From Bacilli bacterium (GTDB lineage: Bacteria > Bacillota_I > Bacilli_A > ML615J-28 > CAG-698): a stretch of 64,000 nucleotides of DNA. Of the stretch, positions 63,108 to 64,000 are shown one piece after another. Numbering within the stretch: position 1 is the first letter of the stretch; the number at the start of each line of letters is the position of its first letter. The position numbers and the translations under genes are program-made. The notes below the pieces were generated by a model. The model ran no database searches and was not told the DNA's origin. It saw nothing but the letters and a program-made list of their open reading frames with translations. The stretch covers positions 319,305-383,304 of the forward strand of contig JBMNLZ010000002.1 in the NCBI GenBank assembly GCA_050953065.1, written 5' to 3'.

Positions 63108-64000
63108 ATGAAAACAAGAATTATTACAGGTATAGTATTAGGAGTTATAATTATTCCATTGGTAGTTATAGCAGGAATTCCATTTTTGATATTAGGAATA
63201 GTTTTAAGTATGATTGCATCTTTTGAGATGATGAATATGTTTTATACTAAGTCTGAGGCTTTAAAGATAGTTAGATATATTGTACCAGCTTTAACGGGAA
63301 TTTTAACTTTTATGGTTTGGTATGTGAATGTTGAGTTAGTGGCAGAAGAACCAAGTGTTTTTGCTAATCAGTTTTGGTTGGTTGTGGTGTTTTTATCTTG
63401 TATAGTTGTAATTGCTACAATTTTGATTTTTACAAAACATTCAACAGCTCATGATATTGCTAATTCAATTATGGCACTTTGTTATACAGGCTTAATTATG
63501 GGTTATGTTATTAGTATTAGATATTTAACTCCAGTTGGAACATCAGAATATTTTGAAACCAACTTTTGGGGCGGAAGAACAATGGCATATTTGTTTATCA
63601 TAGTTGTTTGTACTGATACTTTTGCCTATTTCTTTGGATGCAGGTTTGGTAAACATCAATTATGTCCTGAGATAAGTCCAAAAAAATCTATTGAAGGAGC
63701 AATATCTGGAACTGTTTTTGGATCAATTGCAGGAGTTTTAAGTGCTTATATTATGAATATTATTAAAGTAGATAATTTAAAAACTGCGATTATTACTGCA
63801 ATAGTAATCTTCTTTATATCAATGTTTTTATCTATCATGGCTCAAGTTGGTGATTTAGTAGCATCTAAATTTAAAAGAACCTATGAGATAAAAGATTTCG
63901 GGAAAATATTTCCAGGCCATGGAGGAGTTTTAGATAGATTTGATAGTATGATATGGGCAGGGGCGTGTCTTTATATTATTACTCAAATTATCCAACTTGG
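63108..64000 (+). CDS. cdsA: Phosphatidate cytidylyltransferase (3' end beyond the window)
   Basis: Multi-TM protein with CdsA signature …SIEGAISG…PGHGGVLDRFDS. Runs off the window edge. Confidence 0.8.
   Translation, partial: MKTRIITGIVLGVIIIPLVVIAGIPFLILGIVLSMIASFEMMNMFYTKSEALKIVRYIVPALTGILTFMVWYVNVELVAEEPSVFANQFWLVVVFLSCIVVIATILIFTKHSTAHDIANSIMALCYTGLIMGYVISIRYLTPVGTSEYFETNFWGGRTMAYLFIIVVCTDTFAYFFGCRFGKHQLCPEISPKKSIEGAISGTVFGSIAGVLSAYIMNIIKVDNLKTAIITAIVIFFISMFLSIMAQVGDLVASKFKRTYEIKDFGKIFPGHGGVLDRFDSMIWAGACLYIITQIIQL

Noticed and set aside
1-64000. CRISPR arrays, tRNA/rRNA genes, insertion sequences
   Set aside because: No regularly spaced direct repeats, no GC-rich cloverleaf-sized intergenic segments, and no transposase-like ORFs. 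The only tandem repeats are the 23-nt promoter repeat and intragenic domain repeats.

Overview
This 64 kb window is chromosomal DNA from a low-GC (about 27-30% GC) Bacillota/Mollicutes-related organism. It uses the standard genetic code: TGA acts as a stop and Trp is TGG. Many proteins carry lipoprotein signal peptides. Gene order is recalled from Bacillus subtilis, not checked here. The housekeeping backbone follows Bacillus-like order: holA'-rpsT, pgsA-recA-rny-ymdB, a five-gene branched-chain amino-acid ABC transporter (BCAA), miaB, polA-mutM-coaE-dnaB-dnaI, thrS behind a T-box leader, trmFO-xerC-dut, and rpsB-tsf-pyrH-frr-[inserted lipoprotein]-uppS-cdsA'. Two accessory islands interrupt this backbone. 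Island 1 (about 23.6-40.8 kb, between dnaI and thrS) starts with a cobalamin riboswitch in front of a three-gene module that I read as a split, intrinsic-factor-like B12 capture system: an alpha-helical lipoprotein, a DUF4430-like protein and an ECF S-component. It continues with a PadR regulator, a GC-rich (about 40-45%) foreign gene pair, a 5'-truncated nagZ remnant abutting a decayed BspA-like gene fragment, and a run of large surface lipoproteins. These are BspA-type leucine-rich-repeat (LRR) proteins with Flg_new repeats, a secreted ComEC-like MBL-fold hydrolase, and a multi-Big_2 CHAP peptidoglycan hydrolase. Island 2 (about 47.4-56.7 kb, between dut and rpsB) holds a paralogous lipoprotein family with a shared roughly 85-aa N-terminal module. 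The two largest family members carry repeated LRR units, each ending in a PxGW..W....VVWGY cap. Family members sit behind near-identical TTGTT(T/A)-N17-TATAAT promoters, and two gene units are flanked by duplicated terminator hairpins. Each island also carries a DUF4143 AAA ATPase next to a BspA-like gene. No rRNA, tRNA, CRISPR array or transposase was found.
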